From positions 32,001-96,000 of IMG/VR virus record IMGVR_UViG_3300046355_000213: a DNA stretch of 64,000 nucleotides, one strand, 5' to 3'. Positions within the stretch are counted from its first letter, which is position 1. Each line of letters opens with the position of its first letter. Source of the DNA: a virus. Below are positions 37,183-46,910 of this stretch, piece after piece. A program made the translations under genes and the position numbers. The notes beneath the pieces were generated by a model. It made no database searches. It saw nothing but the letters and a program-made list of their open reading frames with translations, and was not told where the DNA came from.

Positions 37183-40100
37183 CGTAAACTAGGTTGCAAC
37201 TTGGTGTTAATTAACTTGAACAGGAACTTCACAGGGCCGGATACATTCTTTCTGAGCAGTACCCTGTTTACATAGTGGCGGAACTTCTTACGTTCCATCA
37301 CATTCTTATTGTAATCCACATACCGTGCGTTGATCTTACGGGTGTATCCATTGCTGGACACATTGAACATAGGCTCCATATTAGTAGTAAACTCACCCCT
37401 GTCCTTGGTGATATCCCAGAACTGGTTGAACCGGTACTTGTTCTCTTCTTTTGAGTACAGGATGTCTACTCCATTAGCCTGGACCTTTGGATAGGTTAGC
37501 AGGGCTACCGGGTTGTTCTTTGGCTTGAGGTCAAGCTTTAGGTTACCGGAGATCTGCTCTGAGTTATATACAATGGCATTGTCAAAGTTCTCATCTAAAA
37601 GGTGGAACTTGTCCTGACCGTCATTGAAGTACTTGAACGTCTCCAGCACATACTCTACGTTTCTTACCGTAGCGACCTGCTGGCCTGTAGACACCACAAA
37701 CTCCACTTCAAAAGGATAATCTTTTCCGTAGAAGTTACAGAACTGGTCTGTGCGTACATTGTGTCTCCATACGCCTCTATCCTTAACCGTTAGGAAGCTG
37801 CTTCTGCCCGGAATGATAAAGTTAGGATGCCAGTCATGGAAACTTAAGAAAGCTCCTTTGCCCTCAGCTGCCTTTGGATCATAGGAAATAGTCCAGCTGG
37901 CATCTTCAAAGTGAGAGGGGTCGCCCAAGGCTATCTTGTTCTTAGTTTTCTTGATGGTCTTTGTGCCATCAGTATTGGTAACAACGAACTCTTCTCCGTC
38001 TGTGTAGAAACCATCCACACTGTTCCACTTCATTGCTTCAGTGGTAGGCTTGAAGTCACGCTTGGTGATATAGAGCAACTCATTGGTATTATCATAGGAC
38101 ATGTTACAGCCTACGCCTACCAGTGGGTTATCCCCCAGGTTATAATCAGGAAAGGCACGTAGTAACTGAGAAGGCAAGTGCTTGGCAAACCACCACTTGT
38201 TTCCTCTTCTAGAAACTTCATCCATCTCACCGCCATAGCGGAATATCTTACCCTGTTCCTGGGATACCCAGTACACACCACCTGGAATACCGGCAATGGC
38301 AAATTTGCTTTGGCAAGAGCCATACTGGTACTCATCATCCGTGTTCATGATGTTACGCAACGGTTGGTTAAACAATCCCGCATCACCAATGGTAAGCTTG
38401 ATGCCTCCATCAGTCTGCAGACTGTCTACACCCTGGATCGTAATAGGAGCTTCATTCTCCAGCATGATCAGGGCTCCTGTGCCACCTACTGCCTTTAGAG
38501 CCGTCACACGAGATGACATGTCTAAGTAGTTGTTGGGTAGGAACCTCACCCAGTTATCCTGCTTCTGCTCAGTCTCCTGAGGTAGCGAGTACATAATACG
38601 GTTAGGCGAATAAGCATAGCAGTTCTCAGCAATGCGCGGATCATAGTCGCGGTTTTGCAAAGCTCCCCAGCTTACATAGTTATTGTACAGACGCGCAACA
38701 CTTAAGGAGTAGTCATACTTATAGAAGTTGCTTGTCTTGATATTGTCAGAGCGAAACATGGTCTGCACATCTGTGAACCGGTCCGGATCATAGTGTCTCT
38801 TACTGGCGACATCTTCCCAGTCCCTGAAAGCCAGGTTGACCTCTGATTCTACCCAGAAGTCACGTACCCCGTTACAGGAAATATAGAAGTATCCTTTCTC
38901 CACAAAGAACCCTTTGTCTACGCGGTCATCTAAGTGACGGCCTATGCTCGGGAAATTAGTAATGTCTTTGTTGGGCTTACCATTTTCTATCCAGTAACGC
39001 GGATAGGCCACCGTGATATAATTACGGTAGTCGTAGGCAATGTTATCCGGCTGGTCATAGAGCCACTCACTAAAGAAAGTGAATGGGTTCTTCTCTGTAT
39101 AACGACCAACGTACACATCCCCACCAAACATGATGTCTGTAGAGTAACGCGTAGCTAGGTCTGTACCCACATTGTACATACAAGTGTAGACAGGAACCTG
39201 CTTAATGCTTTCCAGCTGTCCGTATTGGGAAGGAAAGTTGATCTTGAGTGCACCATAATGCGCGGAGATGTCGGTTGTAACATTCTTGTTCAGGTCAACT
39301 TGCAGCTGGCCCTTTGTCTTACGCGAGATATCAACCCGTAACGGATTGGCAATCTCTTTGGTTGTGCTGACAAACACATAACCACTGCGGTCTACGTTAT
39401 TGATCTTGTAGTTATTGTAGTTCTGCAGGTTGTTGTTTACATAGAAACTATCTGCAACACCCCTGCGACTGTTGTCTGAGGAAGCATTAAGACTGAAGTT
39501 GCTGTAGTAACCGTGAGAGTTATACTGTGCTGAGTATTGTTTTTCCGGCAGTAAGGAGACGATGACACTGATGATCTTCTCATTGTACATGTCAGCCATC
39601 AACTTAGCCGTAGAAATCAAAATAACAATGTTGGCTACGTGCTGTGCAAGAACAAGTGCGTACGCCACAGCATTTGCAGCTGCACCTACACCAAAGGCAT
39701 CAGAGCCACCCGGAGGGCCGGGAAATGATGCAGGAGCACCACCCACCTCAAAAGAGAGCGGAAGGTCCTCGCTGGCAGCAAAGGTCAGTTTCTTACTGGC
39801 ACCTGTAGCCAAAGCAGAGATACTGTTCATGGTTGCAAAAACCGACAACAGCTTTCCTACAATACTCAAAGAGTCTGAGATCTGTTTGAACTTAGGGTGT
39901 TTGTACACATGCTCAAAGTTTCCAAGCGCCTGGCCGTAAACTTCTGCATAAAGTTTTACCTCCTGAACACTCAGGTAAGGTTTGGAAAAAGAAGTATCCG
40001 GACTGTGAAAAGAGAACATGTCTTTTCTGTAAGCCGTAAGGGGATTAGATCTCCTGTTGCTCTTGGAACCACTCTCTATGGATTTCTCATCAGAGGTCAG

Positions 40101-41795
40101 GTACAGATCCGGGTTAAGGTCATTGTACGGATAGTTTTGGTACAAGCCCTTGGTCCCGTTACCACCGGGAATATTAAACTCCCGCATGTTGTTAAAGATA
40201 CCCTTAGCTACAATGGTCTTGTTGCCTTCACGGGAACCTCTTAGGATCTCATAGCCTACAATAGAGGTAATGGCTTTACCGTAGTTATCTACCGGTATCT
40301 GGATGTTCTCAAACTTCACGCCCAGTACGCGGATCTTGTCCCCGCCCTGAGAGTGGTGGTAGGTCTCCTCTGATAGTTTATTATCAGGAAACTTATGGTG
40401 ACGGATAGGCTTGCCACACAGGTTCCCCCAGATCTCAAACTTGTTATCCGGATAACGCTCGGTGCTTTCCCAGTAACCCATCTCCCCCTCAGCCAGTACC
40501 ATACCGCCATCGGCAAGTTTAGTGCCTGGTGTGTTGGTGATAGAGGCCGTGTTATTTACCTGCCAAGCCTGTGCTGTCTGATCATTGTCGAGCTCAATAG
40601 CATCTGCTGTAGCCAGGTTGATACGCTCACTGTCTAAAGCTTCCCTGCCAGGAATATGGAAAGAAGCACTCTTGTCCCCTGTGTTATATACCCAGCGGAT
40701 AAAGAACGCGTACTGCTCATCTCTCATGTAGCCGGTGTTGTTTCCCCCGTTGGCATAATAGTTAGCCGGGTACTCTACACTCACCCACTTAGTGCGGATC
40801 TGGTTAGCCAGGTTCTGGTAGTTAAAGTCAAAGCGGTTATAGATACCCGTACGCACTAAATAATTATTCAGGCGGAACATGGCATCACTCTTCTCAATAG
40901 CCGGAGTGTTCAACGGGATCTGCTCCAGCGGAATAGTGATCAGGTCAGGCTCTGCAGAGTCAATAAATAACTTGGTCTGACGGGTAGAGTATATACCCAG
41001 TCTTTTGGCCACTGTGCTTTGATTTACCACTGAGATGAGTACTACTTCCATCTCATCAAAATCAGGGTCTGTATTGGTCACAGAAACGTCCAGGGAACCT
41101 CCCCCACCATCGTGGTCAAAGAGTCCCTGTACCTCAGACACTACTAAGTAATCTGTTACCCGAATAGAGTTGACAGTATAAGCCAGGGCAACCTGGTAAG
41201 AGCCGTTACGAAGGGTACCGGACGCCCGGCCCTTCTCAATACGTACACAAGGGATGGTCAGGATCTGGGCCAGTCTTAACTGCTCCACATCCAGTACACC
41301 TGTTGATTTCTCAATGATGCAGTCTCCCTGCATTTCTTTTGTAGTAAAATACGGCGGGCTGTCCATGGCCATCACCCGGTCAGGGTTGCGGCCATCAGAC
41401 CAGTACACCTTAAAGCCACAGTCCGCGTTGCGTCTGGCAGCTCCTGTGATCAGGTTGGTCCTTCTGAAGTTTAGCTTGGGATCATTGACCACTAAACGAT
41501 AAGTACCCAGGTTGGCATCAAAGACTCCAATCTCACAATTGTTATCATCTGTGGTAAACAAAGCCCAGGTGCCGTCACTGATAGGAATAGCTCCTATAAG
41601 GGTGTACGGAAGGTCAATAGTGTGAAGATTGGCTGGCTCATTTCCCAATACGCCCATCTCACCCGTATGCGTGTTGTTCACCGCATTACGGGCATGTACC
41701 CACTGGCCCTCACCTATAAAGGTTTCATTGAGGTCCTTGAGCATACCCTTGGAAAAGGTATTGATCGCACCAGGATTTTGATTGCTCTGAGCCAT
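37179..41795 (-). CDS. tail muzzle / stabilisation protein (crAss-like)
   Basis: 1538 aa, beta-rich; N-terminal NTFSKGMLKD...ARNAVN; lies between ring proteins and cargo genes as in crAss-like genomes. Confidence 0.65.
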   Translation of the reverse strand: MAQSNQNPGAINTFSKGMLKDLNETFIGEGQWVHARNAVNNTHTGEMGVLGNEPANLHTIDLPYTLIGAIPISDGTWALFTTDDNNCEIGVFDANLGTYRLVVNDPKLNFRRTNLITGAARRNADCGFKVYWSDGRNPDRVMAMDSPPYFTTKEMQGDCIIEKSTGVLDVEQLRLAQILTIPCVRIEKGRASGTLRNGSYQVALAYTVNSIRVTDYLVVSEVQGLFDHDGGGGSLDVSVTNTDPDFDEMEVVLISVVNQSTVAKRLGIYSTRQTKLFIDSAEPDLITIPLEQIPLNTPAIEKSDAMFRLNNYLVRTGIYNRFDFNYQNLANQIRTKWVSVEYPANYYANGGNNTGYMRDEQYAFFIRWVYNTGDKSASFHIPGREALDSERINLATADAIELDNDQTAQAWQVNNTASITNTPGTKLADGGMVLAEGEMGYWESTERYPDNKFEIWGNLCGKPIRHHKFPDNKLSEETYHHSQGGDKIRVLGVKFENIQIPVDNYGKAITSIVGYEILRGSREGNKTIVAKGIFNNMREFNIPGGNGTKGLYQNYPYNDLNPDLYLTSDEKSIESGSKSNRRSNPLTAYRKDMFSFHSPDTSFSKPYLSVQEVKLYAEVYGQALGNFEHVYKHPKFKQISDSLSIVGKLLSVFATMNSISALATGASKKLTFAASEDLPLSFEVGGAPASFPGPPGGSDAFGVGAAANAVAYALVLAQHVANIVILISTAKLMADMYNEKIISVIVSLLPEKQYSAQYNSHGYYSNFSLNASSDNSRRGVADSFYVNNNLQNYNNYKINNVDRSGYVFVSTTKEIANPLRVDISRKTKGQLQVDLNKNVTTDISAHYGALKINFPSQYGQLESIKQVPVYTCMYNVGTDLATRYSTDIMFGGDVYVGRYTEKNPFTFFSEWLYDQPDNIAYDYRNYITVAYPRYWIENGKPNKDITNFPSIGRHLDDRVDKGFFVEKGYFYISCNGVRDFWVESEVNLAFRDWEDVASKRHYDPDRFTDVQTMFRSDNIKTSNFYKYDYSLSVARLYNNYVSWGALQNRDYDPRIAENCYAYSPNRIMYSLPQETEQKQDNWVRFLPNNYLDMSSRVTALKAVGGTGALIMLENEAPITIQGVDSLQTDGGIKLTIGDAGLFNQPLRNIMNTDDEYQYGSCQSKFAIAGIPGGVYWVSQEQGKIFRYGGEMDEVSRRGNKWWFAKHLPSQLLRAFPDYNLGDNPLVGVGCNMSYDNTNELLYITKRDFKPTTEAMKWNSVDGFYTDGEEFVVTNTDGTKTIKKTKNKIALGDPSHFEDASWTISYDPKAAEGKGAFLSFHDWHPNFIIPGRSSFLTVKDRGVWRHNVRTDQFCNFYGKDYPFEVEFVVSTGQQVATVRNVEYVLETFKYFNDGQDKFHLLDENFDNAIVYNSEQISGNLKLDLKPKNNPVALLTYPKVQANGVDILYSKEENKYRFNQFWDITKDRGEFTTNMEPMFNVSSNGYTRKINARYVDYNKNVMERKKFRHYVNRVLLRKNVSGPVKFLFKLINTKLQPSLR

Positions 41796-42694
41796 TATTT
41801 ATAAGTCTTGTAAGTAGCAGATTGGAAAGGAGTATAGTACTTGTGGTACATGGCTTTTCTGTTCATTGCAAAGAGGTCCTGCATTTCTTTGAAGTCAGGG
41901 GTGTTGACTACCGTCAGAGCATTGTTTCTGGCAGCCCTGTATAAAGGTTCTATCAGCTGGATACGCTGGCCCACATCCTCCCCGTTCATATATAAGTTCT
42001 CCAGGATGCGCTTCTTTAGTGCGTATTCATAATACTCATTGATCAACGGGTGATCCAGAACAAGCAGGTTTCCCTCCTCATCCTCTAAAGCTCCTTCATA
42101 GTTCACATACAATTTGCCTGTCTCCAGGTAAGTGTAGATAAACCCATTTTTAATTTCTCCCTGGCTTACATCACCATGTCCGGCAAGTCCCTGCTTTTTG
42201 GCATAGTCGCTCAGGAATTTAGAAGTGGAAAAATGCAGCTTCTCAAAGTGGTCATAGATACGGGTCTGGTTGCGGATCTTCTCCACCACGACCCAGGTAT
42301 CACCACACTCATTGGTTGTAGTGTAAGTATCCGTGCATCCGCAAGCCATAGCCTGTGAGCCACATACGCGGCAAACCTGCGGGTCTACCACAAACTTGAC
42401 ATCTTCTGTCTGCCTGCCTGCAATGACCGGCTCCTGGACCTTGTAAGAGTCCATGAGCAAAGCATAGTTCATCACATAGAAGTCTTCGGGAAGCCTGGCC
42501 TTGCCTTTGATAATTTCCAGTACCCTGTCCTTTGTGCCATGGATGCGCATACCCAAATCATAGCTGACGCGCTGGGCAACTTTGATCAACTGGGCAGGCT
42601 CTATCATACCCTCTGCATTATAGAGGGTGAAGTCTTGATTGACCTCATACATGAGTTCATCAAAGGTCCGGTACTTTATCTCTATCTTACCCAT
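41795..42694 (-). CDS. putative tail ring / tubular protein
   Basis: 299 aa; ARLPEDF...YEGALEDEEGNLLVLDHP...YALKK resembles crAss-like ring proteins; translationally coupled to both neighbours. Confidence 0.55.
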   Translation of the reverse strand: MGKIEIKYRTFDELMYEVNQDFTLYNAEGMIEPAQLIKVAQRVSYDLGMRIHGTKDRVLEIIKGKARLPEDFYVMNYALLMDSYKVQEPVIAGRQTEDVKFVVDPQVCRVCGSQAMACGCTDTYTTTNECGDTWVVVEKIRNQTRIYDHFEKLHFSTSKFLSDYAKKQGLAGHGDVSQGEIKNGFIYTYLETGKLYVNYEGALEDEEGNLLVLDHPLINEYYEYALKKRILENLYMNGEDVGQRIQLIEPLYRAARNNALTVVNTPDFKEMQDLFAMNRKAMYHKYYTPFQSATYKTYK

Positions 42695-43371
42695 TATCTA
42701 AGGATGTTTTGCTTGTCAGGTGCAACGTCAGTTGGGATGGACAAGGTTAATTGGAAGTCTTTGAGCACGTTGCTTTCTATCTCTCCATGGATGTAGTCAG
42801 GAGCATTGAAGGGCTCCAGTTGTCTGAGCATACAGTCATCATTTGGATCACAGTTCCAGCGGCTGATAGAGTCTTCAAAAATGCCTTCTACCCGCACCGC
42901 ATCCCAGTCTAAATTGGGGAAGTACAGGTAGTCATTTAAGAAGTAGTAGTAAAGTGTCTTGTTGTATTTGCTGTTCTTGCTGCGGGCAATGTTCAGGTAG
43001 TTTACAGACGTGGTAGCCTGCAGATCCTGGGACCCGTCTAAGGAAGTGACATGGCGGATCAAAGGCCCAAAGTAGCCTTGCATAAACGTAGGCATTTTGT
43101 GCTTGGACCGTCTGAAAGTGATGCCACTTTTGATTCCGGTACAGTGTGCCTCCACGGCATCCACTTCAATTAACTCCACAAAGTCAAGGGTCTGGAATAC
43201 CGAGTTAAAGCTCATCAGCTTGTTCTTGCTGTCCTCGCGCTTCATGAGCCACTTGGCATGCTTGGATACAAGACTGTATATAAAACGGTCAGTCAGGAAC
43301 GCGTCCTGGCTGACAGCTTTTAACTGGTTACGGATTCTGGAGATAACTTCTCCAATAGTGGTTCTGGCCAT
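42694..43371 (-). CDS. putative tail ring protein
   Basis: 225 aa; DAFLTDRFI...YYFLNDYLYF...VRVEGIFED...IPTD pattern resembles crAss-like ring proteins. Confidence 0.55.
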   Translation of the reverse strand: MARTTIGEVISRIRNQLKAVSQDAFLTDRFIYSLVSKHAKWLMKREDSKNKLMSFNSVFQTLDFVELIEVDAVEAHCTGIKSGITFRRSKHKMPTFMQGYFGPLIRHVTSLDGSQDLQATTSVNYLNIARSKNSKYNKTLYYYFLNDYLYFPNLDWDAVRVEGIFEDSISRWNCDPNDDCMLRQLEPFNAPDYIHGEIESNVLKDFQLTLSIPTDVAPDKQNILR

Positions 43372-43378
43372 AGGGTAA

Positions 43379-43963
43379 TTAGTCTAGGTCAAACTCATCA
43401 TAGTCTAGTAGCTGTTGCTCTGTGTCTGCAGCAATCATGTCCAGCTTATGTACTTTTCTAAGTAGACGGGATATTTTTTGGAAGTTGTCAATGACCGGGT
43501 ACATCTTCCAGTTCTCTGGATAGGTCTTTGCAACTGTACGCTTGAAGTCTCTTACTGCAGAAAAACCCCACATGTGGTGGAACCTAAAGCGGTACTTCAC
43601 CTCATAGTTGGTGTAGAAAATCTTGGCCACATACTGATCAGACTCCCAGTTCTGGTTCTGTATCCGCTTGCCATACATCTTACTCTTGTAGTAATCTACA
43701 TTTTCAGATACTTTCCTGGGGCAGGTGCCTATAAAGACATACCCCAGTTGCTCCGGCAGCTCTACGCCATCGCGGTTATTGATTACCTCTTCCCATATCT
43801 TTCCATTAAACTCAGTGACAATTTGCTTGTACACTGCATAGGGAATATTCTTGTACTTTGGATACCGGGTGATAAACTCCTGGTGAGTTTCCTTGGTAAG
43901 AATATTCAGTTTCCTGGGACGGAAGCGTGGGGCAGATAAGTCAGGCTCTTTAAATTCCTTCAT
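43379..43963 (-). CDS. HU/IHF-like DNA-binding protein (crAss-type)
   Basis: 194 aa, basic; helix IVTEFNGKIWEEVI followed by GVELPEQLGYVFI, resembling the HU/IHF fold; typical location before ring genes. Confidence 0.5.
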   Translation of the reverse strand: MKEFKEPDLSAPRFRPRKLNILTKETHQEFITRYPKYKNIPYAVYKQIVTEFNGKIWEEVINNRDGVELPEQLGYVFIGTCPRKVSENVDYYKSKMYGKRIQNQNWESDQYVAKIFYTNYEVKYRFRFHHMWGFSAVRDFKRTVAKTYPENWKMYPVIDNFQKISRLLRKVHKLDMIAADTEQQLLDYDEFDLD

Positions 43964-43974
43964 GCAAGGTCTGC

Positions 43975-43989
43975 TACATTATAATTTAC
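43975..43989 (-). promoter_or_regulatory. putative phage late promoter
   Basis: GTAAATTATAATGTA (14/15 match to the consensus), 11 nt before ATG 43963. Confidence 0.65.
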
Positions 43990-44018
43990 AAAAAATCAAG
44001 CTCTTTTCCAATCTAAAC

Positions 44019-45353
44019 TTAAAAGGTGTACTTACTCTCAAAGATTTGCTGACTATCACGACACACAACGTCAAAGCATATCCCAGGTTTGTTGGGTCCA
44101 AAGTTGGTACCGATCCACTTACTGCCTCCAAATAGGGAGAGTACGTTACGGTACCTAAAGCCGTAAGTATCCTGAGAGTTAGCCATGTGCAGGTCCCCTT
44201 TTACAATGGAGATGTTTGCATCCTGCGGATTAAACCCATGGTACATCAAATACTTGCGGAAGTAGTTTTCTACCTTGTCATTGAGGTGCAGCGGCAATCC
44301 GTGCTTCATGTCCTCATCATCCTTACCGTGCGTAAATAAGAATATATGCTCACCGTATACTTCATGCTCTATGAACTTAGTCAGCATGCGTGTCTTTACC
44401 CAAGGGTACACGGCGTTCAGGTACATTTCAATAGCGCGGTTAACCATATAATCAAAGTCACCTCCGTGATTGGAGTTACAGTTCTGGTATACGTGATAGT
44501 TAGTTGCCAGGTTATCTTCTATCAGGGTATCAAAGAACCACTTCTCTACAGAGACAGCGGTTTCAAAAGCCTGCTTGTTACTCATGTTCTGTGGCAACCT
44601 GTGACCTCCACGCGTGGTCTGTCCGTTCTGCCCATCCATCTTGTCCCCCAGGTCAATGATATACAGATCTTCAAAAGCACCAAAGGTATTGGTGTGCAGA
44701 TAGATCTGATACAGCACCTCTTCCATTCTGTCTTTATACTCCTGTGCGTTGTACGTATTTTGGTACAAAGCAGTCTCCCCTACGTACGCACCAATATGGC
44801 GGTCAGAGAGATAAACAAATAAAGCTTTGGAGTTGGAGGCAGGGGCCTCAGGTCTGATCCTGGGAGTCAGGTTGACCTGGTTAAATGCTTTGATAATAAT
44901 ATCTTCAGCATCTTGTAAAGTAACTTCTTGTTCTTGCTTGGCAGAACACATGGCTGAGACTTCCCAGCGGTTCTTCTTTTGTTTGTTCCAGTAGGTGGAT
45001 AACTTCCACTTGTTGGTGTCAATCCTTAACCTTAGGATGATCTCTTCAGGACTCATAGGTTCAGAGGTAAGCAAGGCTTTAACCTCTAATTTCTTGTTGT
45101 CAATGAAGTGGTTCATTTCCAGGATCTGGTCCTCCTCTTCTGCGTCCTCCTCCAGCTCCTCTCTTTTCTGCAGCTTGAGCCGCACCATTTCATCAATGTT
45201 TTCACCGGCATGCTCGATCATGTCTTGCTTCATGCCAATGACCTCTTGCTTTAACTCCAGGTATTCTTCTTGGGAGATACCTAGTTTGTCTGCACAGTAT
45301 TCAGCGTTCTTTTTCCACTTCAAACTGTCAAACACTCTGGTCAATAGTGTCAT
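44019..45353 (-). CDS. calcineurin-like metallophosphoesterase with N-terminal HTH-like segment
   Basis: SDRHIG, LGDKMDG, NSNH, FTHG and GDLH motifs; N-terminal AEYCADKLGIS is HTH-like. Confidence 0.8.
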   Translation of the reverse strand: MTLLTRVFDSLKWKKNAEYCADKLGISQEEYLELKQEVIGMKQDMIEHAGENIDEMVRLKLQKREELEEDAEEEDQILEMNHFIDNKKLEVKALLTSEPMSPEEIILRLRIDTNKWKLSTYWNKQKKNRWEVSAMCSAKQEQEVTLQDAEDIIIKAFNQVNLTPRIRPEAPASNSKALFVYLSDRHIGAYVGETALYQNTYNAQEYKDRMEEVLYQIYLHTNTFGAFEDLYIIDLGDKMDGQNGQTTRGGHRLPQNMSNKQAFETAVSVEKWFFDTLIEDNLATNYHVYQNCNSNHGGDFDYMVNRAIEMYLNAVYPWVKTRMLTKFIEHEVYGEHIFLFTHGKDDEDMKHGLPLHLNDKVENYFRKYLMYHGFNPQDANISIVKGDLHMANSQDTYGFRYRNVLSLFGGSKWIGTNFGPNKPGICFDVVCRDSQQIFESKYTF

Positions 45354-45426
45354 AGGATATTAGGTAGCCAAAAGGCCATAGTTATGGAATGTAAATGTAG
45401 GGGATGACTTTGGTTCTATGCCTTAG

Positions 45427-45448
45427 TTGTAAACAGTTTGTAAACAGT
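45427..45448. repeat. tandem 11-bp direct repeat
   Basis: TTGTAAACAGT twice, intergenic. Confidence 0.8.
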
Positions 45449-45453
45449 CTAAC

Positions 45454-45488
45454 AAAAGTGAGCCCCTGCCATTGCTAGCGAGGGGCTC
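45454..45488 (-). terminator. intrinsic terminator
   Basis: GAGCCCCT/AGGGGCTC 8-bp stem followed on the - strand by ACTTTTGTT. Confidence 0.65.
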
Positions 45489-45529
45489 GGTCTGTCAGAA
45501 GAAAACCAACAAAACTTCAGACAATATCT

Positions 45530-46141
45530 TTAACAAGAAATAGTAGCCTGCCAGTTATCTGTCAGTGTAGAACTTCCTGCATGCTCTGCGTTAATTGTAA
45601 AGAAACGGCCATCACCGGCAGTTTTACTGAATGTAAAGGAACCACTGGTAGCGGTGCTTAAAGTAGCTCCCCAAGGCCCTGACGTAGAAGACGAACCTAC
45701 CCAGCCTGTTGTGGCTAAAAGGTTGTCAGCAGAGTCATACACATTGATGCGGTTAGGCACGTCACCTGATACCCAGTTTACGGTAATGGTATTACCGGAA
45801 GCAGCGGCCAGGTCAATGAGTTCTTTTGGGTAGATATAAAATTGAGTAGAAGAGCTGGTTCTGCTCACCGTACTTCCACATACCAAAGCACTTATTTTAG
45901 TGGCAGAAAAATTAGCGGGTGCAGAAAAAGAAGTAGAGGTACATGAACTTTCAATAGTTCCCTCAATATTATCACAGGCAGGAATACCTGTCAGGGTAAT
46001 AGGAGAAGAAGTAAAAGGTCCTGTAGCTGTGGTGTAGTTTGTTGTACCAACAACTCTCCACTTTACACGATATCCGTTACCCGGTGCCGGTGAAGGGGCA
46101 GTAAAGTTAAGGACAAGACTTCTGGTGATTGGACAAGCCAT
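45530..46141 (-). CDS. FN3/Ig-like structural protein
   Basis: 203 aa, S/T-rich; GYRVKWRVVG...IEGTIESSC is FN3-like. Confidence 0.55.
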   Translation of the reverse strand: MACPITRSLVLNFTAPSPAPGNGYRVKWRVVGTTNYTTATGPFTSSPITLTGIPACDNIEGTIESSCTSTSFSAPANFSATKISALVCGSTVSRTSSSTQFYIYPKELIDLAAASGNTITVNWVSGDVPNRINVYDSADNLLATTGWVGSSSTSGPWGATLSTATSGSFTFSKTAGDGRFFTINAEHAGSSTLTDNWQATISC

Positions 46142-46145
46142 GCTG

Positions 46146-46382
46146 TTATGCGGTTATAAATGATTGTGAACTGGTATAGGTAGTGATCCCGTTGGTTACG
46201 CAAACACCTTCTACCATGCCTTCGTATTGTGCTGTTTGATCCACTCCGGTAATGACCAGGCTAGTACCAGTAAGAGAAGCCGTAGCATACGTATACGCCA
46301 CCTCTCCTACCTTGCGGTATCTTACCCTGTAACCTCCTGTAAAGCTGACAGCGTTAGAAAGACTGATGGTCAGTGAACCCAT
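46146..46382 (-). CDS. single FN3-like domain structural protein
   Basis: 78 aa; GYRVRYRKVG...YEGMVEGVC is paralogous to the N-terminus of the 203-aa neighbour. Confidence 0.55.
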   Translation of the reverse strand: MGSLTISLSNAVSFTGGYRVRYRKVGEVAYTYATASLTGTSLVITGVDQTAQYEGMVEGVCVTNGITTYTSSQSFITA

Positions 46383-46384
46383 AA

Positions 46385-46897
46385 TTAAGAAGCTTTAGTA
46401 GTCACTGCAATAGTGACAGAGGTGCAGTTTACGTTGCCCGAAGCTGTGCTGGCTACTTTGAACAAGTATTTAGTACTGGCAGAGAGGCTAAGTACTTCTT
46501 TTGTACTCAGGCCGTTTGATACTACGGATGTCCATGTGCTGGCCGCCTCTGTTTTATACATCAGGGTCAAGCCTGTATTATCCAAAGGAACGTTCCAGGC
46601 TACAGTAATGGAGTTGGCTTTAACCACCGTGCTGCGAAGTGCTGTTACGCACTTGAGTGTAGGGGAGATACAACTTGTACCGCTTACCTGCGCTACAATT
46701 AATTTCTGGATGATGCTGTCTAAACGTTCTCCGCTGACAATGTTTCCCTCTACAATGGTGTCTCCGTTGTATTTTACACAGCCCAGTAAGCTAAGTTCAT
46801 CACAAGGCTCACTATCCACGCAAGGCGTTAGTGCTGCCGGTGCAGGAGGACAATCAAGGCATGGGTTGCAGTTTGCTAAAGGAAGAGGATTTGACAT
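46385..46897 (-). CDS. Cys-rich structural protein with FN3-like domain
   Basis: 170 aa; GCVKYNG...GERLDSIIQKL, then ITVAW...LSASTKYLFKV (FN3-like). Confidence 0.6.
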   Translation of the reverse strand: MSNPLPLANCNPCLDCPPAPAALTPCVDSEPCDELSLLGCVKYNGDTIVEGNIVSGERLDSIIQKLIVAQVSGTSCISPTLKCVTALRSTVVKANSITVAWNVPLDNTGLTLMYKTEAASTWTSVVSNGLSTKEVLSLSASTKYLFKVASTASGNVNCTSVTIAVTTKAS

Positions 46898-46910
46898 GTC
46901 TGATTAGAGG

